The notes below the pieces were generated by a model, which ran no database searches, was not told the origin of the DNA, and saw nothing but the letters and a program-made list of their open reading frames with translations. The position numbers and the translations under genes were made by a program. From NCBI GenBank assembly GCA_038231435.1, contig JBBRLJ010000018.1, forward strand, positions 42,375 through 106,374: a DNA stretch of 64,000 nt, given 5' to 3'. Source of the stretch: Planctomycetota bacterium (GTDB taxonomy: Bacteria; Planctomycetota; UBA11346). Below are positions 38,214 to 47,410 of the stretch, piece by piece; within the stretch, counting starts at the first letter, position 1, and each line of letters opens with the position of its first letter.

Positions 38214-38762
38214 GTGACCCGCTGCATGGTCCTGAACGCCAGTTTCGAGTACCTCAACATCGAGGATAGCTGGTTCGACTCGCTGATGCTGGTGCTCGAG
38301 GGGAAGGCCACTCCAATCGAGCATTATCCCGAGGTCGTGCGCAGCCAGCACTGCACCTTCCAGCTTCCGGCCGTGGTGGTCATGCGCTACCAGGTGCTGG
38401 TCAAGAAGCGCACCAGGCTGTTCCAGATGCCGACCAAGAAGGCGGTATTCATCCGCGATAATTTCGAGTGCCAGTACTGCGGCACGCGCTTGACCATGGG
38501 GGCCGGAACGCGCGATCACGTGGTGCCGCGGGCGCTGAAGGGGCCGGACTCGCTGACCAACGTCGTGGCGTCGTGCAAGCCCTGCAACGGCCGCAAGGCC
38601 GACCGCACGCCCGAGCAGGCGGGCATGGTGCTGCGCAACAAGCCGCGCCCCCTCACCGACGAGGAAAAGATCCGCTGCGTGCTGAAAACCTGCCGCTCGA
38701 AGGAGCGCCAGGCCTGGCTGAGCTGCCTCAAGCGCCTCGGCATCACCCTGTGGTCGAACTGA
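38214..38762 (+). CDS. HNH endonuclease (McrA-like, stand-alone)
   Basis: GGAGG RBS + GTG; VLNASFE, PAVV, RDNFECQYCG, DHVVPR, NVVASCKPCNGRK, TPEQAGM. Confidence 0.9.
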   Translation: MTRCMVLNASFEYLNIEDSWFDSLMLVLEGKATPIEHYPEVVRSQHCTFQLPAVVVMRYQVLVKKRTRLFQMPTKKAVFIRDNFECQYCGTRLTMGAGTRDHVVPRALKGPDSLTNVVASCKPCNGRKADRTPEQAGMVLRNKPRPLTDEEKIRCVLKTCRSKERQAWLSCLKRLGITLWSN

Positions 38763-38815
38763 CCGGTTACCGCCCGCGGTACACCGCGCGAATCGGTCCA
38801 CCGCCGCTGCTGCCG

Positions 38816-38853
38816 CGGTAGGCAGCACGGTGGGCAGCACGGTGGGCAGCACG
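38816..38853. repeat. 12-bp tandem repeat x3 (CGGTRGGCAGCA)
   Basis: Read directly; the first unit also pairs with upstream GCTGCTGCC. Confidence 0.8.
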
Positions 38854-39078
38854 ATCGCCATCACCATACGCATGGTGCCGCCACCCCGACTGGCCAGCGG
38901 TTGACCGGCACGCATCAGACCTAGGGTCTTCCCCGCCAAATCGGCACAAGCCTGTCCGGCAGTGGCCATCCCGCCGCGTCCCAGCATGCCTCACCCGATC
39001 GTCCCCCGCTTCGCCCATCGACCTCCCCGGATACACAGATGGACACCGATGGACAGCTGCACGAATGAACGGAACGCC

Positions 39079-40755
39079 ATGAACCCGATCCTCCGCCCCG
39101 TGCTCGCGCTGCTGCTCGTGCTCCCGATCGCCCCGACGTTCGCCGAGGACGCCACCGCTCCCGCTCCGGCCGACGCCAGCAAGGCTCCGGCCGATGCAAC
39201 CAAGCCCGACGCGGCCAAGCCCGCCGATCCGGTCGCGGCCGAGCCACCGAAGCCCAAGCCGCAGTGGGTGGATGCGACCAACGACCTCGCCAACAACAAA
39301 TGGGGCCCCGGCGGCGTGACCCTGCTCGCCGTGGTCCCCGGAACCGATCAGATCATCGCCGGCGTCAGCGAGAAATGGCTCTGGACCTCTGCGAACGGCG
39401 GCACCAGCTGGGCCGAACTCGGCACCGTCGGCAACGCCAAGAACCGGCCGAGCTCGATCCTCTTCGATCCCAAGGCTCCCGACGCCTTCTGGGTGACCAG
39501 CAGCGCAGGCGCGCCCGGCGCATTCGCCACCACCGACGGGGGCAAGACCTTCAAGCCCGTGCCCAACATCGAGGCGGCGGATTCGATCAGCATCGACTTC
39601 ACCGACCCGAAGCACAAGACCGTGATCGTCGGTCCGCACGAGAAGGAGCACGACGTCGAGGTCTCGACCAACGGCGGCACCTTCTTCAGCAAGGCCTCCA
39701 AATTCCCGAACACCACCGGCTACACGGGACAGGTGCTGGTGCTCGACGACAAGACCTGGCTCGCCAGCGCGGCGGGCTTCGACAAGAAGCAGAAGAAGGA
39801 GAAAGAGGTCGGCATCTGGCGGACTGACGATGCCGGCAAGACCTGGACCAAGGTCTACAACAATGGCGGTACGGCTCCGGCATTCGTCGCCTCCAACGGC
39901 GCCCTCTACTGGGAGTTAGGCGAGAACGAGGGCCTGCTGCGCAGCAACAACCGCGGCAAGAGCTGGAACAGCCTGGGCGCGGCGGTGAAACACAGCCCGA
40001 TGGAATTGCCGAAGCGTTGGCTCGCGGCGATCGGCGACCAGCAGCTGGTGATCAGCACCGACGGCGGCGATTCCTGGGACGCGGTCGGCGAGAAGCTCAC
40101 ATTCCAGCCGGCAGGCGCGGTGTTCTGCGAGAAGCGCCACTGCTTCTTCGCCTGGCAATCGACCTCTGCCTACCAGAAGGAGGCGGTGATGCGCCTCGAC
40201 GTCCCCGAGAACCTCGACGAGCTGGTGAATCCCACCGTCGCGCGCGACCTCGTCGCCTGGGACGGCGACGACAAGAAGATCATCAACTGCTGGTTCAACA
40301 AGGAGATCGCAACCTTCGGCGCCCAGTCTTCCGTGGCGCACCAGGGTTCGACCGCGCTGCTCTGGCACGTCGCCGCCAAGACCTTCTTCTCGAACTGCGG
40401 CGCCTTCTGGTGCACCTACCCGGTGAAGGCGACCGACGGTCTGGACGCGAGCTCAGAGGCGAACCTGGTGTTCTCGTTCAAGATGGACGGCGCGTCGAAG
40501 CCGACCTCACTGCGGCCGTACCTCTGCAGCATCGGTGAGGGCGGCATCAAGGTCGTCGGCAAGCAAGTCGAGCTGCTCACTTATTGCCCCAAGGCCTTCG
40601 ATGGACAGTGGCACGACGTGGTCATCCCGCTCGCCGCTTTCGCCGCCGAAAAATTCACCCTCAAACAGCTCTGCGAGCTCAGCTTCGACGCCAACAACAA
40701 GGCCAACGAGTTCGCCTTCGACATGTACGTCGACAGCATCGGCTTCAGCAAGTAG
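39079..40755 (+). CDS. Secreted BNR/Asp-box beta-propeller protein with C-terminal CBM-like domain
   Basis: Signal peptide, Pro/Ala linker, six Asp-boxes (SANGGTSW, TTDGGKTF, STNGGTFF, TDDAGKTW, SNNRGKSW, STDGGDSW), C-terminal GQWHDVVIPL...MYVDSIGF. Confidence 0.85.
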   Translation: MNPILRPVLALLLVLPIAPTFAEDATAPAPADASKAPADATKPDAAKPADPVAAEPPKPKPQWVDATNDLANNKWGPGGVTLLAVVPGTDQIIAGVSEKWLWTSANGGTSWAELGTVGNAKNRPSSILFDPKAPDAFWVTSSAGAPGAFATTDGGKTFKPVPNIEAADSISIDFTDPKHKTVIVGPHEKEHDVEVSTNGGTFFSKASKFPNTTGYTGQVLVLDDKTWLASAAGFDKKQKKEKEVGIWRTDDAGKTWTKVYNNGGTAPAFVASNGALYWELGENEGLLRSNNRGKSWNSLGAAVKHSPMELPKRWLAAIGDQQLVISTDGGDSWDAVGEKLTFQPAGAVFCEKRHCFFAWQSTSAYQKEAVMRLDVPENLDELVNPTVARDLVAWDGDDKKIINCWFNKEIATFGAQSSVAHQGSTALLWHVAAKTFFSNCGAFWCTYPVKATDGLDASSEANLVFSFKMDGASKPTSLRPYLCSIGEGGIKVVGKQVELLTYCPKAFDGQWHDVVIPLAAFAAEKFTLKQLCELSFDANNKANEFAFDMYVDSIGFSK

Positions 40756-40804
40756 CGCTGCTTCCGTCCATTGCACTCGAGGTTCCCCGCCCTCGAACGG
40801 CGCT

Positions 40805-41932
40805 TCACATCCAGGCGCGCGAATCCGGGACCTCCAGCCAGGCGCTGGCGGCGACCGCCTGCTGGCTGACCAGACCGGGCAGCGTCATATCCATCGCCGC
40901 GTCGATGCCGAGCCGGCACGGCGATTCGCCGCGTACCGCGCGCACGAAATCCCACAGCTCGAAGAAATCACCGCCGCCATGGCCGGCTTTCAGCGCCGCG
41001 GCGGGCGCCTCGCGCCACCAACTCGGCACGAAACGTTCCTTGAGCTCGGGGATCCTCGAGAAGTCGCCGAGGTCTCGCCAGCTCGCGGCCTGCGTGCCCG
41101 GCAGACGCTTGAGCCAGATCTTGTCGATGTCCCCCGGACCGCCGCGCGAGGATTCGAAGCAGCCGTCGGTGCCCTGGAGCTGATAGTTACCGCACGCGTG
41201 CGGTCGGTCGGAAACCATGTCGACGCGGATGACGATCATCCGCCCCTGCACGGTCCGGCACATCATCGAGGCGGTGTCCTGGGCGTACGGCTCGCCACGC
41301 GGGTCTCGGTAATGCGAGCCGGAGTTCGCGCAGGCGACGCTCGCCACGCGGTCGCCGGGCATCCACTGCAGGATGGGGCCGAGGCTGTGGGTCCCATAGG
41401 TGATGCCGGGCACGCCGGTCTGGCAGCGCCGCCGCCACGGGGTCTGCTCGTTGAGCTCCTTGAGCTCGTGGATGTATTCGGCAGCGGCATAGAACACCTC
41501 GCCGAACAGCCCCTGCCGCACCAACTCCGAGACGATGGCGTTCGCGTGCATATAGATGTAATTCTCGGCCATCATGTACACGCGCTTCGAGCGCCTGACC
41601 GCCGACACCAGACGGCGGCACTCGTCGAGCGACACCGCGGCGGTCACTTCGGAGATCACGTGACGCCCGCTGTCGAGCGCCGCGATCGACTGCTCGGCAT
41701 GCAACGGCATCGGCGTGCCGATGAACACCGCGTCGATGTCCGATTTCGCCAGCATCTCGCGGTAGTCCACGTACTTCTCGGGCGCCGCGAAGCGCTGCCG
41801 CGCCTCCTCGAGCGCTGCTTCGCGGCTGTCGCACACCGCCACGACGTCGATGGCGCCGGTGGCGGAGATGATGTCGCGGAAATGGCCGCCGCGGCCAGCG
41901 GCTCCGACGACTCCCAGCTTGATGCGCTTCAT
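40805..41932 (-). CDS. Gfo/Idh/MocA-family oxidoreductase (GH109-like)
   Basis: LGVVGAAGRG, VFIGTP..LH, HVISEV, YMMAENY, YGTHSLGP, GHGGGDF. Confidence 0.9.
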   Translation of the reverse strand: MKRIKLGVVGAAGRGGHFRDIISATGAIDVVAVCDSREAALEEARQRFAAPEKYVDYREMLAKSDIDAVFIGTPMPLHAEQSIAALDSGRHVISEVTAAVSLDECRRLVSAVRRSKRVYMMAENYIYMHANAIVSELVRQGLFGEVFYAAAEYIHELKELNEQTPWRRRCQTGVPGITYGTHSLGPILQWMPGDRVASVACANSGSHYRDPRGEPYAQDTASMMCRTVQGRMIVIRVDMVSDRPHACGNYQLQGTDGCFESSRGGPGDIDKIWLKRLPGTQAASWRDLGDFSRIPELKERFVPSWWREAPAAALKAGHGGGDFFELWDFVRAVRGESPCRLGIDAAMDMTLPGLVSQQAVAASAWLEVPDSRAWM

Positions 41933-43509
41933 GTCGCCGCCTCCGAGGTGTGCATGGGATTGTCCAAGGATCGGCTAGGCGCCGGTCCCGACGCGAGATC
42001 AGACGACCGTCCGGCCGCGCGATACGATCCACCAACGGCTGCACCTGCGGAGCCGCCAGCGAACGCCACGCACGCCGCAAACGTCGCCGAGGTGAGCGCT
42101 TCCAGGGTCCCGGCGGCGAACGGCGTCTGCCAGACCTGATAGAGGTCCTCTGCGTAGAGCTCACGCGGCGGAAGGTATCCGCAGCTGCCGTTGGCATGGT
42201 TGAGGACGACGACCGCGCTCCCGAGTACCGCCGTGCTCATGGCGTCGCGGAGCGTACGCTGGAAGACCGAGTAGGCCTCGTTCATCTGACCCACCAGAAA
42301 AGCGCCGCCGATCCGCCACAGCCACACCTCGATGCGGGCCTGGTCGCCGTCGCCGACGATGCGCCGCACGCGCAGGGCGCGCGTCAGCCGCTCGACCGTC
42401 ACGGCTTGCCCGGGGGCGGCCAGGGCGAGGGCGAGCCGGGCGCGCAGCGTGGCGGCGTCTTCCATGGGCTTGAGCGCGACATCGACCAAGAGCACGCGCG
42501 CCTCGATGGTGTCATCGACTGGCGCCTCGGCCTCGGTCCAGATGCCGAGCGGCGCGCCGCTCTCGAGCGTGCCGGCGAAGCGCAGCGTACGACCCGACGG
42601 CAGCATGCCCGCGAGCGTCGACAGCGCCGCGTGCCCGAGTTGGCGGCCATTGGCGTCGGCAATCTCGGATTCGGCAGCGTATTGCCGACGGGGCGCGAGA
42701 TCGCCCGAGGCGCCTTGAAGGAACATCGCGATGACGCCATCGCTGTCTGGCTCTTGACCAGGTACGCGACCGGCCGAGCCGGCTAGCGCCTGCTCGATGG
42801 TGTCCCGCATCGCGCCGACGAAATCCGGCGAGATGGCGCGGTTGGCCCAGCCGAGCGAGGTCGGGTGGCAGGCGTAGTTCACCAGTACAGCGCGTACGGC
42901 GCCGTCGGCTCCGCACACCCGTCCGACCAGCACGGTGTCGTCGGCGCTCGACTCGGGATCCAGGCCGGTGATGAAGCGGGCGCCGGCCGGGTCGCGTTGA
43001 TCGCGCTGGCAGGCCAAGGTGCACGAGCCCCGCCCCCAATCCAGGCGGCCTTCACGCTCGGTTGCCAGGGCTCGCGCCGCCGCTCCAGCCACCACGTCGC
43101 GCACGTGGTCGAGGTACGGGGCGATCAGCTCGCCGCCAGGCCTGCCGGAATCCTCGCGGCAGATCGATGGAGCCGAATGCGTATGGCTCAGATGCACGAT
43201 CACGCGTTCGGGGCCGAGGCCGAGCCGGGCCGCCAGCGTAGCTCGCACATGGAGCTCGTCTTCGCGCGTGCGCCACCAGCCGAGATCGAGGCTCGCCAGC
43301 ACCAACGGCTGCCCATCGCCACTTGCGCGCACGGTCATCACCGACGCGATAAGCGGGCGATGGATCGACGCGGCGAGATCCGCTTCCGCCGCGCCCCAGT
43401 TGCGTGCATAGATGCCCGCTGGCGGCGTGATGTCCGCGCGTGCCACGCCGATCAGGCCGCCGAATCCGGCGTGCGCGATGTCTCCAGGGCGCTCCCGCGG
43501 GCCGCTCAT
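41929..43509 (-). CDS. Neutral/alkaline ceramidase-like metallohydrolase
   Basis: GVARADITPP, SHTHSAP, NYACHPT, ISPDFVG, FLQGASGD, GYLP. Confidence 0.85.
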   Translation of the reverse strand: MSGPRERPGDIAHAGFGGLIGVARADITPPAGIYARNWGAAEADLAASIHRPLIASVMTVRASGDGQPLVLASLDLGWWRTREDELHVRATLAARLGLGPERVIVHLSHTHSAPSICREDSGRPGGELIAPYLDHVRDVVAGAAARALATEREGRLDWGRGSCTLACQRDQRDPAGARFITGLDPESSADDTVLVGRVCGADGAVRAVLVNYACHPTSLGWANRAISPDFVGAMRDTIEQALAGSAGRVPGQEPDSDGVIAMFLQGASGDLAPRRQYAAESEIADANGRQLGHAALSTLAGMLPSGRTLRFAGTLESGAPLGIWTEAEAPVDDTIEARVLLVDVALKPMEDAATLRARLALALAAPGQAVTVERLTRALRVRRIVGDGDQARIEVWLWRIGGAFLVGQMNEAYSVFQRTLRDAMSTAVLGSAVVVLNHANGSCGYLPPRELYAEDLYQVWQTPFAAGTLEALTSATFAACVAFAGGSAGAAVGGSYRAAGRSSDLASGPAPSRSLDNPMHTSEAAT

Positions 43510-44297
43510 GTCGAGGTCGCCGGCAAGCGCAGGGACAGCCCGCCATCCATCAGCACCACGCTGCCGGTGATGTGCGCGAGCTCCGGATCGCACAGTCTCG
43601 CCACCTCGCGCGCGACCTCTCCAGCGCCGATGAGCGCGCCGACGGGCACGCGCGCCACGCAGGCCGCGCGCAGGGCCGGGTCGGCCTGGAACATCCTGCC
43701 GCTGAGACCAGCGTCGACGTAACCCGGCGCGACCTCGTTGACCAGGATGCCGTGGGCCGCGAGCCGCGACGCGAACAGCTTCATCAGCATGCGCGCGCCG
43801 GCCTTGGCGGCGCAATACGCGCCGATTGCCGGATCCGGAACGTCGGCGGCCCAGCTGCCGACGAATACGATCCTCCCGGGGATGCGAGCCGCGACCATGC
43901 GCCTCGCACCGGCCTGCGCGAGATGGAACGCTCCGTCGAGAACCACGGCGAGATCTCGCCGCCAGTCTCCTGCTCCGAGTTCGAGCAGATCGCGGGGGGT
44001 CACCACCGCCGCGTTGACCACCACCGCCCTGGGCACACCGAGGTCGCGCTCGACGGCCGCGATCCAGGCGCCGACCGCGGCGGCATCGGTGACGTCGACG
44101 CGCTGGTAGCTCGCGCGACGGCCGGCGGCGCGGACACGGGCGAAGATAGAGGCCAGGATCCGGCCCCCATCCTCGTCGGAGACGAGATCGCCGATCGCGA
44201 TGTCCATCCCTCGCGCGGCGAGTTCGCTGGCGATGGCGCGGCCGATGTCACCGACGCCGCCGCTGATCACCGCCACACCGCCTGCAGCACCGCTCAT
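43506..44297 (-). CDS. SDR-family oxidoreductase
   Basis: SGGVGDIG, VNAA, YCAAK, VAPGYV, ITGSVVLMDGG; ATGA-coupled. Confidence 0.92.
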   Translation of the reverse strand: MSGAAGGVAVISGGVGDIGRAIASELAARGMDIAIGDLVSDEDGGRILASIFARVRAAGRRASYQRVDVTDAAAVGAWIAAVERDLGVPRAVVVNAAVVTPRDLLELGAGDWRRDLAVVLDGAFHLAQAGARRMVAARIPGRIVFVGSWAADVPDPAIGAYCAAKAGARMLMKLFASRLAAHGILVNEVAPGYVDAGLSGRMFQADPALRAACVARVPVGALIGAGEVAREVARLCDPELAHITGSVVLMDGGLSLRLPATST

Positions 44298-45298
44298 GCG
44301 CGGCTCGCCGCACGGGTCAGGACGGCAGGGTCGGCGGCCACCGATGACGGAAGCGGCCGCGACAAGCCCGCCACGATCGCCATCAGGCCCTCGAACAGGC
44401 GGTCGACCTCGACGATGGTCTCGGGGTCGAGTGCATAGCCGACCGGCCCGCGTACCCGCGCATGGCTGAATACCCCCTGCCTGACCAGCAGGTGCTTTTC
44501 GACCGCAAGGAAGGCGTCCAGGCTGTTCTCGTGCGCGAGCACCGCGCAGAGCGCGGGATGGATCGCATCGACGACGGTTCGATCGCCGTCCTCGAGCGCG
44601 CGCCACAGGCGCGACACCGCGACGATCAGGTCGGCGCCCGGCATGGTGCCGGCGATGCCGCGGCGATGGCTGTCGACCAGGCTGACGCCGCCCGTGCCCT
44701 CGAAGATCGCGGCCGCGCCGCCGGTGGCGTCGCGCAGCAGCGACAGGCGTTGGCCGATCGGCGCCGCCTCGGGCTTGAACATCACCCGCTCGCCGTACTC
44801 CTGGAACAGCGACGCCTGCAGAGCGATCGACAGCGGCTTGCCAACGTAGCCGCTGGCGTCCTGCACCACCACGGGCAGCTCGACCGCGTCGAGGATGCGT
44901 CGGTAGTAGCCGGCGATCTCGGCCTCGCCGACCGCCACCGCGAGCGGCGGGATGGCCATCAACGCGCTGGCGCCGCACCCGGCTGCGTGGCGCGCCGCGT
45001 CAGCGGCGGCGAACGAGCTCTCGGCGCCCACGCTGATGACCACCGCGCCGCGCCCGGCCACCAGCGCGCACGCGCTCTCGGCCAAGGCGCGACGCTCGTC
45101 GCCCGTCAGGCGCAGGACTTCGGAGACCATCGCCATGACCACCCCGTCGGCACCGTGGGCGAAGAGCCAATCGATCTCGCGCGCGAGCCCGCCCAGGTCG
45201 ATGCGTTCATCTGCGCCGAACGGTGTCTGGAACACCGGCAGCAGGCCAGCGAGGCGCGGCTTGGCGATCGCGGCGGACGATTGGTCGTTGAGACTCAT
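44294..45298 (-). CDS. DHDPS/NAL-family class I aldolase-like protein
   Basis: GLLPVFQTPF, ADGVV, SE..RLT..ER, LMAIPP, VVVQD, Schiff-base Lys in MFKPE. Confidence 0.88.
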   Translation of the reverse strand: MSLNDQSSAAIAKPRLAGLLPVFQTPFGADERIDLGGLAREIDWLFAHGADGVVMAMVSEVLRLTGDERRALAESACALVAGRGAVVISVGAESSFAAADAARHAAGCGASALMAIPPLAVAVGEAEIAGYYRRILDAVELPVVVQDASGYVGKPLSIALQASLFQEYGERVMFKPEAAPIGQRLSLLRDATGGAAAIFEGTGGVSLVDSHRRGIAGTMPGADLIVAVSRLWRALEDGDRTVVDAIHPALCAVLAHENSLDAFLAVEKHLLVRQGVFSHARVRGPVGYALDPETIVEVDRLFEGLMAIVAGLSRPLPSSVAADPAVLTRAASRA

Positions 45299-45304
45299 GG
45301 CGTG

Positions 45305-45335
45305 ATGATATTTGACATTGTGTACAAGGTCAAAT
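45305..45335. promoter_or_regulatory. Palindromic GntR (FadR-type) operator overlapping divergent promoters
   Basis: ATTTGAC-A-TTGT-GT-ACAA-G-GTCAAAT; minus strand TTGACC-N17-TATCAT ending 6 nt before the aldolase ATG; plus strand TTGACA at 45312. Confidence 0.75.
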
Positions 45336-45344
45336 GATATCGGC

Positions 45345-46241
45345 GTGCCCACCGCATCCCTGAGCGTCGTTCCCGGATCCCGCCAGACGCTGGAACAGCG
45401 CATCCACCAGGATCTGGTGCACCGCATCCGCTCCGGGAATCCCGGGTCGCTGACCCTCGAGGACCTGGGCAGCCGCTACCAGTCCAGCACCCGTCCGGTA
45501 CGCGCGGCGCTGGCCCGACTGGTCGAGGACGGCCTGCTGGTGAAGCTCGCCAACCGCCGTCTGGAGGTCGCGCCAGGCACGCGGCCCACGCGTGGGTGGC
45601 GCTCAGCGCCTCCCGCGCCGCCCCGCGACCATGGCGAGGTGATCGCGGCCGACCTGGTCAAGGCCAGCCTGCGCGGCGAGGAGTTGTTCCTGCGCGAGGA
45701 GCCAACCGCCGCTCGCTACGGCATTGGCCGCACCGTGCTCAGGCGCCTTTTCCTGGAGCTCGCCGGCAAGGGCCTGCTCGAGCACGTGGCGCGCCGCGGC
45801 TGGCGCGTGCGGCCGTTCCGGCAGGCCGATCTCGACGCCTTCCTAGAAGTGCGCGAGGTGCTCGAGCTGAAGGCCCTGGATCTGGCCAAGGATCGGCTCG
45901 AACGCACGCAGCTGGAGAGCATGCTCGCTGGCAATGCGATCGACAGGCACGCCGGCGGCGAACGCGTGCGCCTCGACAACCGTATCCACGGCTACCTCAT
46001 CGAGCGCTCCGGAAATCCCTACCTGCGCGACTTCTTCGCGCGCCAGGGCGCCTATTTCGCGCTGTTCTTCGACTGGGAAGCCGGCGACCGCGGCGCCGCG
46101 CGAGAGGCCTGCCACCAGCACCGCGCGCTGTTGCGCGCGCTGATCGCCCGGGATTGGCCTGCGGCCAGGGCGCGCCTGACCGAGCACATCCGCCACACCC
46201 ACCCGGTGCTCAGGACCTCCTCGCCTGGCGGCGTGTCATGA
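45345..46241 (+). CDS. GntR-family regulator with two wHTH domains and FCD domain
   Basis: LGSRYQSSTRPVRAALARLVEDGLL and TAARYGIGRTVLRRLFLELAGKGLL; FCD motifs VREVLE, DNRIH, SGN, EHI. Confidence 0.88.
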   Translation: MPTASLSVVPGSRQTLEQRIHQDLVHRIRSGNPGSLTLEDLGSRYQSSTRPVRAALARLVEDGLLVKLANRRLEVAPGTRPTRGWRSAPPAPPRDHGEVIAADLVKASLRGEELFLREEPTAARYGIGRTVLRRLFLELAGKGLLEHVARRGWRVRPFRQADLDAFLEVREVLELKALDLAKDRLERTQLESMLAGNAIDRHAGGERVRLDNRIHGYLIERSGNPYLRDFFARQGAYFALFFDWEAGDRGAAREACHQHRALLRALIARDWPAARARLTEHIRHTHPVLRTSSPGGVS

Positions 46242-46813
46242 TGCGCCAGCTGCTGATGCGGCGGCCGCACCTCGGTGATCTGCCGCAGCTACCCGATCCA
46301 CCTCCCGGATATGCCCTGCGTGATTTCCGCAAGGACTCCGCCGATGACCATGCGTTGATCGCCCGGCTGCTCGCGTCAGCTTTCGCTGATCCGTCGTGGA
46401 GCGCGGCCAGGGCGCGCGAGGCGTTCGTGCTCGACGGCACCGTGCGCCGCACGGTGCTGGCCGTCCATTCCGGGATGCCTGCCGGAATCCATGGCCGACG
46501 AGATGGCGACACCGCCGTCGCCACCGCCTCGGCGCGGCTCATGCCGGAAGCGTTCCCCGGCTCGGGCTACATCCACTGGGTCGCGACCGATCCCGCGCAT
46601 GGCGGCAAGCGCCTGGGTTGGCTGGTATCGCTGGCAGTGCTGCACGGCTTCGCGGCGCTCGGCTGCACGGATGCAGTGCTCGAGACGGACGACCATCGCC
46701 TGCCGGCACTGAAGACCTACCTCGCGCTCGGCTTCGAACCGTGGATCAGGGACGAGTCGCATCCCGCGCGCTGGGACGCGATCCGGGCGAGACTGTCCGA
46801 CGTCCGCTCCTGA
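46238..46813 (+). CDS. GNAT N-acetyltransferase
   Basis: VATDPAHGGKRLG motif A, LETDD.R.PA..YLALGFEP; ATGA-coupled to the GntR gene. Confidence 0.88.
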   Translation: MMRQLLMRRPHLGDLPQLPDPPPGYALRDFRKDSADDHALIARLLASAFADPSWSAARAREAFVLDGTVRRTVLAVHSGMPAGIHGRRDGDTAVATASARLMPEAFPGSGYIHWVATDPAHGGKRLGWLVSLAVLHGFAALGCTDAVLETDDHRLPALKTYLALGFEPWIRDESHPARWDAIRARLSDVRS

Positions 46814-46823
46814 GCCGGCGGAT

Positions 46824-47273
46824 TCACCCCTTGGCGGGCAGTGCCACCAAGATCGCGCCGGTGGCGATCAGCGCGACGCCGATGCCGACCTGCCAGGTGA
46901 TCTTCTCGCCCAGGAACAGCGCGGCGAGGACCACCACCAGCACCACGCTGAGCTTGTCGATGGGCGCGACGCGCGAGGCGTCGCCGAGCTGCAGCGCACG
47001 GTAATAGCACAGCCAGGACAGGCCGGTGGCGATGCCAGAGAGCACCAGGAACACCACCGAGCGTAGTGGAAGACCCTCGCCCTCGGGCCTGATCCACTCC
47101 TTGCGCGCCGTGACGATGGCGCCGACCAGCGCGAGGATCACCACCGTGCGGATGAAGGTGGCGAGATCGGAGTTCAGCTTGCTGACGCCGATCTTGCCGA
47201 AGAGCGCGGTGAGCGCGGCGAACACCGCCGAGGCCAGAGCCCAAGCCTGCCAGTTCTGGAAGATCGCGCTCAT
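46824..47273 (-). CDS. EamA/DMT small transporter
   Basis: SAVFAALTALFGKIG, SWLCYYRALQLG, VAPIDKLS, LFLGE. Confidence 0.92.
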   Translation of the reverse strand: MSAIFQNWQAWALASAVFAALTALFGKIGVSKLNSDLATFIRTVVILALVGAIVTARKEWIRPEGEGLPLRSVVFLVLSGIATGLSWLCYYRALQLGDASRVAPIDKLSVVLVVVLAALFLGEKITWQVGIGVALIATGAILVALPAKG

Positions 47274-47410
47274 GGTGGCCTCCGCGCCAACACCGCATCG
47301 GCCGATGCGTGCTGGCGCGGCCATCCTCGGGCGCGCCCCGCCGGGTCAATCGCGCCCGGCCCCGATCGCGCGTGCCTCGATCTCGCCCGGCTTATGCCAG
47401 ATGCGTCCGA

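Noticed and set aside
38214..38762. HNH protein as IscB/Cas9-like RNA-guided nuclease or homing element
   Set aside because: Only about 182 aa, no RuvC or PLMP motifs, no evident flanking structured RNA; matches the common stand-alone HNH family
41929..44978. Extended 628-aa and 490-aa versions of the ceramidase-like and SDR ORFs; also extended 45596, 57878 and 60875 starts
   Set aside because: Extensions overlap neighbouring real genes; ATGA/GTGA-coupled or otherwise overlapping internal starts fit better
44294..45298. dapA (lysine biosynthesis)
   Set aside because: GTTGE motif replaced and context is catabolic
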